From Candidatus Enterousia onthequi (GTDB taxonomy: Bacteria > Pseudomonadota > Alphaproteobacteria > Rs-D84): DNA of 64,000 nucleotides. Both the position numbers and the translations under genes were made by a program. The notes beneath the pieces were generated by a model. It was not told where the DNA came from. It was given only the letters and a program-made list of their open reading frames with translations, and made no database searches. How positions within the stretch are numbered: the stretch's first letter is position 1; each line of letters starts with the position of its first letter. Shown piece by piece: positions 38,356-49,504 of the stretch. The stretch is from contig JAGHVJ010000004.1 in NCBI GenBank assembly GCA_018064365.1, positions 8,686 to 72,685 on the forward strand. The letters run 5' to 3'.

Positions 38356-39012
38356 ATGGTAAAAAACAATACTAATATTACTGTTAAAAATTATAAAAAA
38401 ACCGGCATTATTGCTGCGATTGTCTTGGTTGTCGCAATATTGGGAATCTGGGCGATTGCAAGTATGAATCGCGAAGTTAGTGTCGATAAAGCAATTGCCG
38501 AAGTTTCGACCGAGGCTGTATCCGGTGCAGATATGCGCATTGCCGTCATTCGCATGGACGCGGTACAAACAGATGCCGAAGCCTTGAAAAATTTGCGCAG
38601 TCAACGCGAATCGTTCGAAAAAAAATTGCGCGACGAATTGACATCTGAACAAAAGGCATTAGAAAAAGAAAAGGCCGAAATTGAAAAATCACAAGATGTT
38701 TTATCACCTGACGCATTACAACGTCGTGTAGCAGATTATCAAAGACGCGTTGCAAGTTTACAACGTAATTTGTCTGAACGCGCACAAAGTATTGAAGAAT
38801 CTTATCAGAAATCTTTGGCAGATTTGCAAACAAAGCATTTAGACCCTATTATCGAAGGTATTATCGCCAAGAAAAATTTGTCTTTGGTAATTGATGGTCG
38901 TTTTGCTCGCACTGGCACAAGTGTTGAAAATCTGGACATCACAGCAGATGTTGTTAAATCTTTGAACAAAAAAGTGTCATCTGTTAAAATGGCAACACCA
39001 AAAGGTTTTTAA
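38356..39012 (+). CDS. skp: OmpH/Skp-family periplasmic chaperone
   Basis: An N-terminal anchor is followed by a long charged coiled arm (KNLRSQRESFEKKLRDELTSEQKALEKEKAEIEK...), ending ...IIAKKNLSLVID. Confidence 0.7.
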   Translation: MVKNNTNITVKNYKKTGIIAAIVLVVAILGIWAIASMNREVSVDKAIAEVSTEAVSGADMRIAVIRMDAVQTDAEALKNLRSQRESFEKKLRDELTSEQKALEKEKAEIEKSQDVLSPDALQRRVADYQRRVASLQRNLSERAQSIEESYQKSLADLQTKHLDPIIEGIIAKKNLSLVIDGRFARTGTSVENLDITADVVKSLNKKVSSVKMATPKGF

Positions 39013-39030
39013 TAAATCTTGCAAAAAACA

Positions 39031-39060
39031 AAAATACCGACAAAATGTCGGTATTTTTTA
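39031..39060 (+). terminator. rho-independent terminator of skp
   Basis: taccgac-aaaat-gtcggta followed by a T-run. Confidence 0.8.
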
Positions 39061-39063
39061 TTC

Positions 39064-39096
39064 TGAAAAAACAGCCCCCAGAAAAAACTGGGGGCG
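39064..39096 (-). terminator. rho-independent terminator of accBC
   Basis: cccccag-aaaaaa-ctggggg, with an A-run on the plus strand. Confidence 0.7.
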
Positions 39097-39100
39097 ATTT

Positions 39101-40498
39101 TTATTCTTCTTGTTTTTGTTCTGATATTGGTGTGATTTCATCATCAGGGTTTGGTTCTGATGACAAATAATGTTCCAACCAATGATTATCAAAATTCAAT
39201 TGTCTGAAATCACGATTGTTTAATAATTTTTTATGTAATGGAATTGTTGTTTTTACACCTTCGATAACAAATTCTTCCAACGCACGTGTCGCACGCATTA
39301 TACATGTTGCACGCGATGCATTGTGAACAATCAACTTTGCAATCATAGAATCGTATGTTGGTGGAATTGTGTATCCAGTATAAACAGCCGAATCAACACG
39401 AACACCCAACCCACCAGACGGCGCATACAATGATATTGTGCCAGGGTTTGGTATAAATGTATCTGGGTCTTCGGCATTTATACGAAATTCAATTGCATGG
39501 CCGTGCGGAACAATATTGGCCTGGGAATACCCCAAACGTTCACCCGCAGCAATACGAATTTGTTCGCGCACCAAATCAATACCGTAAACCATTTCGGTCA
39601 CAGGATGTTCAACCTGTAATCTGGTATTTGTTTCCAAAAAGTAAAACTTGCCATCTTCAAACATAAATTCAAATGTGCCGGTACTGAAATACCCCATTTT
39701 TTTAGCGGCAGTTTTACAAATTTCAATCATATCATCGCGTTGTTTTTGAGACAAAATTGCCGCAGGACATTCTTCGATAACCTTTTGGTTTTTGCGTTGC
39801 AGCGAACAATCGCGTTCACCCAAAACCACGACATTACCGTGTTTGTCGCCTAATATCTGGAATTCTATGTGGCGTGGATGCAACAGTAATTTTTCCATGT
39901 ATAATGTTTCATCACCAAAACTGGCCTTGGCCTCGGCCCGGGTTGTTGTAAAAGCATCTGCCAATTCATCGGGTTTCATCACAGCACGAATACCACGCCC
40001 CCCGCCGCCAGACGCAGCCTTTAACATAACAGGATAACCAATTTTTTCAGCGCACACCTTGGCATCGTCCAATGTTTTTACAGCACCGTCAGACCCCGGC
40101 ACTACCGGCAAACCACATGCGATTGCAGTTTTTTTTGCGTTAACCTTGTCCCCCATACGAACAATCATATCAGGCGATGGCCCAATCCAAATCATACCAT
40201 GGGATTCAACCTTGCGCGCAAAGCCCGCATTTTCAGATAAAAAACCATATCCTGGGTGAATTGCGTCGGCGTTCGTCAATAATGCCGCTGTTAAAATTGC
40301 AGATTCATTCAAATAAGAATCACGCGACGGCGCAGGTCCAATACAAACAGATTCATCCGCCAGTTGAGTATGCATTGCATTTTTATCAGCCGTTGAATAC
40401 ACAGCCACCGTACGAATTCCCATATCACGACATGCACGAATTATACGCAATGCAATTTCGCCACGATTGGCAATTAAAACTTTTTTTATTTGAGACAT
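39101..40498 (-). CDS. accC: acetyl-CoA carboxylase biotin carboxylase subunit
   Basis: KKVLIANRGEIALRIIRAC, GYPVMLKAASGGGGRGIR and the ATP-grasp architecture. Confidence 0.96.
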   Translation of the reverse strand: MSQIKKVLIANRGEIALRIIRACRDMGIRTVAVYSTADKNAMHTQLADESVCIGPAPSRDSYLNESAILTAALLTNADAIHPGYGFLSENAGFARKVESHGMIWIGPSPDMIVRMGDKVNAKKTAIACGLPVVPGSDGAVKTLDDAKVCAEKIGYPVMLKAASGGGGRGIRAVMKPDELADAFTTTRAEAKASFGDETLYMEKLLLHPRHIEFQILGDKHGNVVVLGERDCSLQRKNQKVIEECPAAILSQKQRDDMIEICKTAAKKMGYFSTGTFEFMFEDGKFYFLETNTRLQVEHPVTEMVYGIDLVREQIRIAAGERLGYSQANIVPHGHAIEFRINAEDPDTFIPNPGTISLYAPSGGLGVRVDSAVYTGYTIPPTYDSMIAKLIVHNASRATCIMRATRALEEFVIEGVKTTIPLHKKLLNNRDFRQLNFDNHWLEHYLSSEPNPDDEITPISEQKQEE

Positions 40499-40501
40499 AT
40501 C

Positions 40502-40948
40502 TTACTCGATAATAATCAATGGTTGGTCAAATTCCACAGCCTGGGCATCAGTCACCAAAATTTCTTTGACAACCCCATCAGATGTTGCCTTTATCGGGTT
40601 AAATGTTTTCATTGCCTCGACCAAGGCGACAGTATCACCAGCGTGGACAGTATCACCAACCTTGACAAAAGGTTTAGAACCAGGTTCTGTTGCCAAATAC
40701 ACAACACCAACCATCGGAGATTTTAATGCATTTGCATAATCATGCGACACACTGTTTGTTCCGGTGGTCGCATTTTTTACGCCCTTGTCCACAGGGAAAG
40801 ACGGCATTACCGCCGGGACACATCCCTTGGACAAATGAATATGTTTACGATATACGCCAAACAAAAATTGACGTTCTAAATCTAATTCTGTAATCCCCAT
40901 TTCATCCATGATTTGCGACATAGACTCAACGGTTGCACGAAAAGACAT
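40502..40948 (-). CDS. accB: acetyl-CoA carboxylase biotin carboxyl carrier protein
   Basis: C-terminal biotinyl domain with VEAMKTFNPIKA (biotinylation motif EAMK). Confidence 0.93.
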   Translation of the reverse strand: MSFRATVESMSQIMDEMGITELDLERQFLFGVYRKHIHLSKGCVPAVMPSFPVDKGVKNATTGTNSVSHDYANALKSPMVGVVYLATEPGSKPFVKVGDTVHAGDTVALVEAMKTFNPIKATSDGVVKEILVTDAQAVEFDQPLIIIE

Positions 40949-41018
40949 TTTTAATCCTTTATATAACTATTAAAACTTATGTGTTTCTGGGTGAATTTTA
41001 CCATAAACACAAATAAAG

Positions 41019-41258
41019 TCAAGGAACAGGGTCATACCCCCACCCACCCCCTGGACGACAACGAGAAATTCTGGATACGCCCATACATACACCACGAAAA
41101 AAACCATATTTTTCAATTGCAACCTTGGTGTATTCACTGCATGTAGGCACAAAACGACATGCGCAACGACCACCAATAAACGGAGATATACAAGATTGGT
41201 AAAATTTTATCATTTTAATTCCGCAATTGGATAAAAATGATTTATTTGTGTTTTTCAT
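41019..41258 (-). CDS. yidD: membrane protein insertion efficiency factor YidD
   Basis: IKFYQSCISPFIGGRCACRFVPTCSEYTKVAIEKYG...GGWGYDPVP. Overlaps the rnpA stop. Confidence 0.9.
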   Translation of the reverse strand: MKNTNKSFLSNCGIKMIKFYQSCISPFIGGRCACRFVPTCSEYTKVAIEKYGFFRGVCMGVSRISRCRPGGGWGYDPVP

Positions 41259-41604
41259 GTCGATTTTTTATTTCAATCAATGCCGCAACCATTTTTTCAC
41301 GGCCAATTTCACGCGTAATTCCATCGTTCAAGATTTCAGGATGTGCAAAAAACACATAATCCATATCATCACACATGTATTTCTCGGCAAATGCAATCCA
41401 ATCACGCAACAAACGTTTTGCCCGATTACGGTGTACTGCAAATCGAAAGTTTCGTTTGGATACAACCAACCCATAACGAGGATCATCGGAAAATTTAGCG
41501 TTTTTAGTGCGAATCGCAAACAAATCGGTCAATGCGTATGGGTATGAACGATCTGTTTTGAAATCATTATGATTTTTTATTGTGTTTCTCATAAGGTTCA
41601 TCAT
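41242..41604 (-). CDS. rnpA: ribonuclease P protein component
   Basis: 120 aa basic protein. GLVVSKRNFRFAVHRNRAKRLLRDW matches the RnpA RNR motif. Confidence 0.88.
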   Translation of the reverse strand: MMNLMRNTIKNHNDFKTDRSYPYALTDLFAIRTKNAKFSDDPRYGLVVSKRNFRFAVHRNRAKRLLRDWIAFAEKYMCDDMDYVFFAHPEILNDGITREIGREKMVAALIEIKNRHEKHK

Positions 41605-41706
41605 ACCAAATTATTCTGGAAATCAAATAAAAACATTTTTTTCGTTTGGCGCACTTGATTTTTTATGCCATACGAATTATAGTCTTTCCTGATGTTATTA
41701 GTTTAG

Positions 41707-42777
<1,071 letters not shown>

Positions 42778-42783
42778 GATACA

Positions 42784-42812
42784 AAACAGCCGGCAAATGC
42801 CGGTTGTTTTTT
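42784..42812 (+). terminator. rho-independent terminator of mreB
   Basis: acagccggc-aaat-gccggttgt followed by a T6 run. Confidence 0.75.
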
Positions 42813-42923
42813 ACTTTTGTGTTTGAACAAAAATAAAAAAATTTATAGATTAAAAATTATTAAATTTGTTGCGAATTTGGTTTTTATTGTGTATTTTAAA
42901 TCCTGCATACAAAGGATATTAAA

Positions 42924-43127
42924 ATGGCAGATGAAATGGATAAAAAATTGACTTTTGAAGAAGCATATAAACAACTGACAGAATTGGTTAAAAAAATGGA
43001 ATCTGGTGAATTGCCTTTGGCGGATTCTGTTACCGCGTACGAACAAGGAATTAAATTAAAGGCGTATTGCGAACAATTATTAAAAGAAGCCGAATTAAAA
43101 ATCGAAACATTGAAAATTTCTGCATAA
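42924..43127 (+). CDS. xseB: exodeoxyribonuclease VII small subunit
   Basis: 67 aa. LTFEEAYKQLTELVKKMESGELPLADSVTAYEQGIKLKAYCEQLL. Confidence 0.88.
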   Translation: MADEMDKKLTFEEAYKQLTELVKKMESGELPLADSVTAYEQGIKLKAYCEQLLKEAELKIETLKISA

Positions 43128-43141
43128 AGTTGGGGTATATC

Positions 43142-45673
43142 GTGGCGACAAAAAACAAACTTTCACCGGTAATGCAACAATATCTGGATATGAAATCAGA
43201 AAACCCAGATGCGTTGTTATTGTTTCGTTTGGGCGATTTTTACGAGGCTTTTTTTGATGATGCAAAAACAATTAGCGAAAGTTTAAGTTTGGTTTTAACC
43301 CGTCGTGGAACTGACGCGGATGGTGAAGATATACCAATGTGCGGAATCCCATGGCATGCGGCTGATAATTATTTTGGCCGACTGGTTAAATCTGGCTTTA
43401 AAGTTGCATTGGTTGAACAAATGGAAACACCAGCCCAGGCTGCGGCACGCGGGCATAAATTTATAGAAAGAAAAATTGTGCGGGTGTTGACCCCTGGGAC
43501 ATTGACTGATGAAAATTTATTAAATCCAAAAAATTCTAATTTCTTGGTTGCCATTGTCCCGATTCAAAATGGCAGATTTGATATTGCAGGTTGCGATATT
43601 TCAACAGGTGAATTCTTTGTTGGAACAACCGCTGATATTATCGATGATTTGGTGCGATTGAACCCAGCAGAAGTTATTTATCCTGCATCATATGCAGAAC
43701 ACGATACGATATTTCATTTACGCACAATTTTCAAAACGACGCCGGTGTATGAAAAGTTATATATTCGGTCTGATATAACACAAATTGTTGCGCGCGTGTT
43801 TGGTGGCACAATAAATTCTGTGCAATCTGAAAATATGGATAACGCAACATATTTGTTGGCAGGATATTTATTTAATACTGGACGTGGTGCAGCAATGACT
43901 TTTCGCGCGCCCAGACAATTCAAAACAGATTCGCAATTACTTATCGATTCTGCAACATGGAAAAGTTTAGAAATTGACGCGCCTATAAATTCTGGTGGCG
44001 CATGCTTGATTGATGTTTTGGATAAAACAAAAACTGCGGCGGGCGCACGAAAATTACGCGCATATTTGCGAACATTATCTGGCGATATTGACGAAATAAA
44101 ATTGCGCCAGAATCATATTGCGCATTTTATGTCTAATCGTCCAACTTTGTTAAATGTCGCGCACGATTTATCATCTATGCCGGATGTCGGACGCAGTTTG
44201 GCGCGCATTTTATCTGGACGTGGAACACCACGTGATATGGCACATATCCGCGATTTTATTTTAAATTTACCACATGTAAAAATGATGGCGCAAAGTTTAG
44301 ATTCTGATTTTGCGAAACGGATTGGTGCAATAAAAACTCATGATGAATTAGGCGCAAAATTAAAGGCTGGGTTGGCGGACGAATTGCCCACATTTTTTCG
44401 CGATTTTGGTGTTATTCGTAATGGATACGATGCGGCATTGGACCGTATGCGCGAATTGTCGCACGGCGCACGAAATACGATTGCAGGTTTACAGGCACAA
44501 TATATTGAACAAACTGGAATTCACACACTGAAAATAAAATTCAATAATATATTGGGCTATTTTATCGAGGTTGTATCAACCCGTGCTGATGATATGATGA
44601 AACCAGATTCTGGATTTATACATCGTCAAACATTAGCCGGGAATATGCGTTTTACAACGGCTCAGTTGATTGATTTAGACAACGATATTCGCAGCGCCCA
44701 GGAAAAATCTAATGCAATTGAAGAAGAAATTGTAAATGGTTTTATTGATTCTGTGCGCGTGGTTGCGGATGATTTATTGGCAACCGCAGATTTATTGGCA
44801 GATTTAGATGTTTGGACGGGACTGGCATTGGTTGCTGTGGATTATGATTGGGTATGCCCACAAATAACAAATGATTTTGAATTTAATGTTGTTGGTGCAA
44901 GACATCCTGTGATAGAACACGTGTTGAGGACGCACGGGGATAATTTCGTTAAAAACGATTGTAATTTATCTGGTAAAAAAATTGCTTTATTGACTGGTCC
45001 AAATATGGCCGGAAAATCGACATACTTGCGTCAAAATGCTTTGATTATTGTGTTGGCACATTTGGGCTCTTTTGTCCCGGCACAATCTGCAAACATTGGT
45101 ATTTGCGACCAATTATTCAGTCGTGTTGGTGCATCTGACAATCTGGCAGCGGGACAATCTACATTTATGGTAGAAATGAGTGAGACTGCCAATATTTTAC
45201 GACGCGCAACAAATCGTTCTTTTATCATATTTGACGAAATCGGGCGTGGAACTGCGACATACGACGGTATGGCAATCGCACAATCCGTATTAGAATATTT
45301 GAACAATTTGGCACCACGCACATTATTTGCAACACATTATCATGAATTGACCGCACTAACCGGGGATAACAATGGGGCATTACAAAATGTTTCTTGTTTG
45401 ACAATTGATGTTCGCGAATACAATAACGAAATTATATTTATGCATAAAATTATACCAGGGGTCGCAAATCGTTCTTATGGTATTCATGTGGCAAAAATGG
45501 CCGGTATGCCTGAATCTGTGGTTGCACGTGCCGAGGTTGTTTTGTCTGAATTGGAAAACGGCGGTAAAAAAACAAATATATCAACAAAACAAACTATCGC
45601 AAAAAACGAAAGCAAAACAAAATTGCAAATTCATGATGACGCGCCACAATTATCTTTGTTTGGAGAAAATTGA
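43142..45673 (+). CDS. mutS: DNA mismatch repair protein MutS
   Basis: SPVMQQYLDMKSENPDALLLFRLGDFYEAFFDDA, Walker A GPNMAGKSTYLRQ, and FIIFDEIGRGTATYDG. The GTG at 43142 is chosen because the longer track ORF overlaps xseB; the start remains uncertain. Confidence 0.93.
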   Translation: MATKNKLSPVMQQYLDMKSENPDALLLFRLGDFYEAFFDDAKTISESLSLVLTRRGTDADGEDIPMCGIPWHAADNYFGRLVKSGFKVALVEQMETPAQAAARGHKFIERKIVRVLTPGTLTDENLLNPKNSNFLVAIVPIQNGRFDIAGCDISTGEFFVGTTADIIDDLVRLNPAEVIYPASYAEHDTIFHLRTIFKTTPVYEKLYIRSDITQIVARVFGGTINSVQSENMDNATYLLAGYLFNTGRGAAMTFRAPRQFKTDSQLLIDSATWKSLEIDAPINSGGACLIDVLDKTKTAAGARKLRAYLRTLSGDIDEIKLRQNHIAHFMSNRPTLLNVAHDLSSMPDVGRSLARILSGRGTPRDMAHIRDFILNLPHVKMMAQSLDSDFAKRIGAIKTHDELGAKLKAGLADELPTFFRDFGVIRNGYDAALDRMRELSHGARNTIAGLQAQYIEQTGIHTLKIKFNNILGYFIEVVSTRADDMMKPDSGFIHRQTLAGNMRFTTAQLIDLDNDIRSAQEKSNAIEEEIVNGFIDSVRVVADDLLATADLLADLDVWTGLALVAVDYDWVCPQITNDFEFNVVGARHPVIEHVLRTHGDNFVKNDCNLSGKKIALLTGPNMAGKSTYLRQNALIIVLAHLGSFVPAQSANIGICDQLFSRVGASDNLAAGQSTFMVEMSETANILRRATNRSFIIFDEIGRGTATYDGMAIAQSVLEYLNNLAPRTLFATHYHELTALTGDNNGALQNVSCLTIDVREYNNEIIFMHKIIPGVANRSYGIHVAKMAGMPESVVARAEVVLSELENGGKKTNISTKQTIAKNESKTKLQIHDDAPQLSLFGEN

Positions 45674-46545
45674 TGTCGTCTGGATGGATTATTTTAGACA
45701 AACCAACGGGGGTATTTAGTCGCACTGCTGGTGCGCGTGTCGCGCGTATGTTTGGCGAAAAAAAATTCGGACATATTGGAACACTGGACCCAATGGCAAC
45801 TGGTATTTTGCCCATTGCGTTAGGTGATGCCACTAAAATGATTCCTTTTGTTCAAGAAATAAATGACGGTGAAAAAGAATATCTTTTTTCTGTGCAATTC
45901 GGGTTTGAAACAGATACTTTGGACACCACAGGTCGCGAAATTGCCAGAAATAATATTATTCCATCAGATAATCAAATTCGTGCAGTAATATCTGAACTGG
46001 TTGGGGACATAATTCAAATTCCACCGAAATACAGTGCAATACATGTCCAAGGTCAACGCGCATATCGTGCTGCACGCGACGGGATTGAAATAGAAATGCC
46101 TGGGCGACAGGTACACATATTTGACATCAAATACAATGGTTTTAATGGCACAGATTGGCTTTTTTCCGTCCGATGTAGTACAGGCACATATGTCCGCAGT
46201 ATTGCGCGTGATATCGCAAAAAAATGCAACACAATCGCATCTGTGAGCATGATACGACGCGTGTACACAAATGGATTTGGATTAAAAAACGCCACTACAC
46301 TTGATTTTTTAGAAAATCTGTATAATAATGGTGCGGACATCAAGAGATTTTTGATGCCGTTAGATTTAGGACTGGGGGACATTCCGGTTTTGAATCTGGA
46401 CGATAAAGACACACAATTGTATAAAAACGGTGGATTTATCACGGTCGCAGCACTCGATTCAATGGTTCGGGTTTATAATGGTTCGGACTTTGTTGGAATT
46501 GGTGTTGTAAAAGATAAACAACTGCGTCCACGACGCACAATATAA
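45670..46545 (+). CDS. truB: tRNA pseudouridine(55) synthase
   Basis: GWIILDKPTGVFS...GHIGTLDPMATGILPIALGDATK. Overlaps the mutS stop (ATGA-type overlap). Confidence 0.93.
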   Translation: MMSSGWIILDKPTGVFSRTAGARVARMFGEKKFGHIGTLDPMATGILPIALGDATKMIPFVQEINDGEKEYLFSVQFGFETDTLDTTGREIARNNIIPSDNQIRAVISELVGDIIQIPPKYSAIHVQGQRAYRAARDGIEIEMPGRQVHIFDIKYNGFNGTDWLFSVRCSTGTYVRSIARDIAKKCNTIASVSMIRRVYTNGFGLKNATTLDFLENLYNNGADIKRFLMPLDLGLGDIPVLNLDDKDTQLYKNGGFITVAALDSMVRVYNGSDFVGIGVVKDKQLRPRRTI

Positions 46546-46557
46546 AAAGGAAATACA

Positions 46558-46830
46558 ATGTCCATTACAAAAGCAAAAAAAACAGAATTGATTAAAGAAT
46601 TCAAAGTGTCTGATGCTGATAACGGCGGTAGTGCTGCATCCCAAGTTGCAGTTTTGACTGAACGTATTCGCAATTTGACAGAACACATGAAAAACAACCA
46701 CAAAGACGAACACAGTAAACGTGGATTGTTGTTGATGGTCAATCGTCGTAAAAAATTGTTGGCATATATCAAACGCCGCAACTCTGACGATTACGAGGCT
46801 TTGATTAAAAAATTAGGTCTGCGTAAATAA
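46558..46830 (+). CDS. rpsO: 30S ribosomal protein S15
   Basis: GSAASQVAVLTERIRNLTEHMKNNHKDEHSKRGLLLMVNRRKKLLAYIK. Confidence 0.95.
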   Translation: MSITKAKKTELIKEFKVSDADNGGSAASQVAVLTERIRNLTEHMKNNHKDEHSKRGLLLMVNRRKKLLAYIKRRNSDDYEALIKKLGLRK

Positions 46831-46835
46831 CAGAT

Positions 46836-46866
46836 AAAATACCGCCAGTTTTGGCGGTATTTTTTA
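46836..46866 (+). terminator. rho-independent terminator of rpsO
   Basis: ataccgcca-gttt-tggcggtat followed by a T-run. Confidence 0.8.
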
Positions 46867-46905
46867 TAAAAAAAAACACATCAACATTTGTTGATGTGTT
46901 TTTGT
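46867..46905 (-). terminator. rho-independent terminator of the TPR gene
   Basis: A-run, then the long palindrome cacatcaaca..tgttgatgtg. Confidence 0.7.
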
Positions 46906-46924
46906 TGTGTGTGGGGACCGGGAG

Positions 46925-48058
46925 TTAAACATTTTCGGTCGTTGCGGCTTCTGGGTTTTGAGAATCCGCCGGTTGGGGTTCTGCCTCTGGTTTTGTTTCC
47001 TCCGCAGGTGTGGGCGTTTCCACAGGTTCCGATTCCGCATTAACCTCTGGTGTTGCTACGGTAACCTCGTCTATGGTGAAAACTTGACCCTGGGGGGAGG
47101 ATTCTGCTGTTTTGTCATTATTGATAGTCCCCTGCAAATCAGCAATCAATTTATTCAAGTGTTCAACTGTATCCGTGTCATTCAACGCGGTCGCAATTTG
47201 TAATGCACCCTGTAAATTACTCAAAGCAGCATCTTTGTTGTTTATTTTCAAATACAATGCAGCACTTTTTTCTGTATACAACATTACATCGCGAGATAAT
47301 TTTTCACCCAGTTCCATATCTGTTACGCCGTTCAACTGTTCTTTGATAACCTGCATCGCAGATGCATAATCATTGATAGCCTCAACATAATTACCACGGG
47401 CGGTATAAGCCTCGGCACGTTCGGAATAAACAGCCGAATCTACCTTGCCATCTGGATGAGATAAAGAGTTTGTATAATCAGCAATCGCACCATCCCAATT
47501 TTTTAACCACAAATTCAACTGGCCACGTTTAGCATACAAATCACGCAATGGCACCGCAGAATTTTCGTTTGTCGCAGCGACGACCAATGCATTATTTATA
47601 TCCACCATTGCGGAGTCAAAATCTTCCATGCGCATTTCCAGTAATGCCTTGTCATAAAATCCCATTACATTTGTCGCATCATGTTCAATCGCAGCATTAA
47701 AATCAGACATTGCCTTTTTATAATCACCAATCAACATATATGCCTCGCCACGAGCCAGATATGCAGAATTCGACACAGCACCCGATTCTACAACAGCGGT
47801 CAAATCAGCGATTGCGCCTTCGATATCACCAGATTCTAACTTTGTTTTGCCGGAATTAAAATAATCATTTGCCTGCATTAAAACTTCTTCATTTAATGTT
47901 GCAGGATTATGAAGCATTCCATGACTGCGTCCCAAAATATAAAATGTCGCAGCGATGAAAAATAAAATTATAAACCAATAAACATAAATTGGTGTAGTCC
48001 AACCAGAATTCGTTGTTTTTGTTGCAACTGGCTTTGTTTTTGTGATGTTTTTTTGCAT
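46925..48058 (-). CDS. membrane-anchored TPR-repeat protein with an acidic Pro/Glu-rich tail
   Basis: N-terminal transmembrane helix (IYVYWFIILFFIAATFYILG), multiple 34-aa A..Y..G.A..A-type repeats, and a C-terminal ESEPVETPTPAEETKPEAEPQPAD. Confidence 0.75.
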   Translation of the reverse strand: MQKNITKTKPVATKTTNSGWTTPIYVYWFIILFFIAATFYILGRSHGMLHNPATLNEEVLMQANDYFNSGKTKLESGDIEGAIADLTAVVESGAVSNSAYLARGEAYMLIGDYKKAMSDFNAAIEHDATNVMGFYDKALLEMRMEDFDSAMVDINNALVVAATNENSAVPLRDLYAKRGQLNLWLKNWDGAIADYTNSLSHPDGKVDSAVYSERAEAYTARGNYVEAINDYASAMQVIKEQLNGVTDMELGEKLSRDVMLYTEKSAALYLKINNKDAALSNLQGALQIATALNDTDTVEHLNKLIADLQGTINNDKTAESSPQGQVFTIDEVTVATPEVNAESEPVETPTPAEETKPEAEPQPADSQNPEAATTENV

Positions 48059-48095
48059 CAGATTTCCCCCCTTGGTTTCTCTTATAATAATAATA

Positions 48096-48794
48096 TTAAA
48101 GAGTTTTCAAAAGCAGGTCAATATCTTTCTGATGAACTTTTTCAATTTTTCCAAATTCTAAATTTCCCAATGATAAATTTCCAAATGATTCACGATGTAA
48201 TTTTTGGACCGGCGCACCACAAGCACGCAGAACTATGCGGATTTCGTTCTTTTTACCTTCGGTCACAGTAATGCGTAATTTATTGTGTCCAATTTCAGAA
48301 ATTTCCATAGGGCGATATTTTATTCCGTCGATTGTTGCACCACGACGCGCAATATCTAAATCGTGTTTCGTTCCGCCAACACGTGCAACATATGTGCGTG
48401 GAATTTTATTAGACGGCAAAGATAACTTTTGAACCAAATCACCGTCATTAGTAAGTAGCAACAAACCCGTTGTTTTATAATCCAGACGACCAACATATCG
48501 CAAATGTTTATATTGTTCTGGCAATATATCATAAATTGTCTTGCGTCTACCAGGATCACGCGCAGTCGTCATAACATTTAGTGGTTTGTTAAAAATATAT
48601 AATTCTGTATTTGATTGTGGTTGTATTTTTTTGCCGTTGACTGTGATAACATCTGTTTCATCATCTATTATTGTTGCAACAGAATCCAGTTTGACATTAT
48701 TTACCGCCACCACGCCAGACAACACTAACTTTTCGGCATCTCGGCGTGATGCAATACCTGTACTTGCGATAAACTTTGCAATTCTTTGTTTCAT
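48096..48794 (-). CDS. RsuA/RluB-family rRNA pseudouridine synthase (S4 domain)
   Basis: RIAKFIASTGIASRRDAEKLV ... GRLDYKTTGLLLLTNDGDL ... PRTYVARV. Confidence 0.85.
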   Translation of the reverse strand: MKQRIAKFIASTGIASRRDAEKLVLSGVVAVNNVKLDSVATIIDDETDVITVNGKKIQPQSNTELYIFNKPLNVMTTARDPGRRKTIYDILPEQYKHLRYVGRLDYKTTGLLLLTNDGDLVQKLSLPSNKIPRTYVARVGGTKHDLDIARRGATIDGIKYRPMEISEIGHNKLRITVTEGKKNEIRIVLRACGAPVQKLHRESFGNLSLGNLEFGKIEKVHQKDIDLLLKTL

Positions 48795-49447
48795 TTTGTC
48801 ACCCGTGATATTGCGATTGGTGCCGCCAATTCTGCACGTAAAATTGTTTTTCCCAAAGACAGCCCACGCGCACCATTTTTATCCAGCGCATCAAATTCAT
48901 TATTTGAAAATCCGCCCTCGGGTCCGATTAGGATATTTTTCGCACCGATAAATTCATGCGGCAAATCCGCACCATATGCAGCACGTTCGTCGGCAAACAC
49001 CAATTCTGAAAATGGCAGCTCTGAAAACTTTATTGGCGATGTAATTTCAGGAACACTATTGCGATTAGATTGCTCTGACGCCTCTATCACTATTTTTTTC
49101 ATACGTTCCCAATTTATATGATTTGCAACTGTGCGTTCCGTAATGACAGGAACAAACCGCCCTATTCCCATTTGCGTTGCCATATTCAGCATATCATCCA
49201 ATTTTTTTATTGGCGCAAAATACAAAGTTATATCGTTTGACGGATCAGTATGCGATGTTTGATTGCCAATCGCTAAATATTTTTGGTCAGGCGTTAAATT
49301 TGCCACATATTCGTTTCCATCACCAAACACCAAACAATCATTTCTGCGCATGACATGAGACAAATAGTGTGCCACTGATTTATCTATTACGATATTTGTG
49401 TTTTGGATTATGTTTTTTCCAATAAAAATTCTTGGTATGTTTTTCAT
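48791..49447 (-). CDS. rsmE: 16S rRNA (uracil1498-N3)-methyltransferase
   Basis: RIFIGKNI...HYLSHVMRRNDCLVFGDGN ... ILIGPEGGFSNNEF. Confidence 0.85.
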   Translation of the reverse strand: MKNIPRIFIGKNIIQNTNIVIDKSVAHYLSHVMRRNDCLVFGDGNEYVANLTPDQKYLAIGNQTSHTDPSNDITLYFAPIKKLDDMLNMATQMGIGRFVPVITERTVANHINWERMKKIVIEASEQSNRNSVPEITSPIKFSELPFSELVFADERAAYGADLPHEFIGAKNILIGPEGGFSNNEFDALDKNGARGLSLGKTILRAELAAPIAISRVTK

Positions 49448-49486
49448 AATATTTTTTATTTCTTGATTTATTTAAGGGCTTTTTTC

Positions 49487-49495
49487 TGATATAAT
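49487..49495 (+). promoter_or_regulatory. extended -10 promoter element (TGaTATAAT)
   Basis: tgatataat at 49487-49495. The first ATG of the coupling-protein ORF (49505) lies 9 nt downstream without a Shine-Dalgarno, so either the transcript is near-leaderless or the true start is the internal Met at 49601. Confidence 0.4.
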
Positions 49496-49504
49496 CATAA
49501 CACC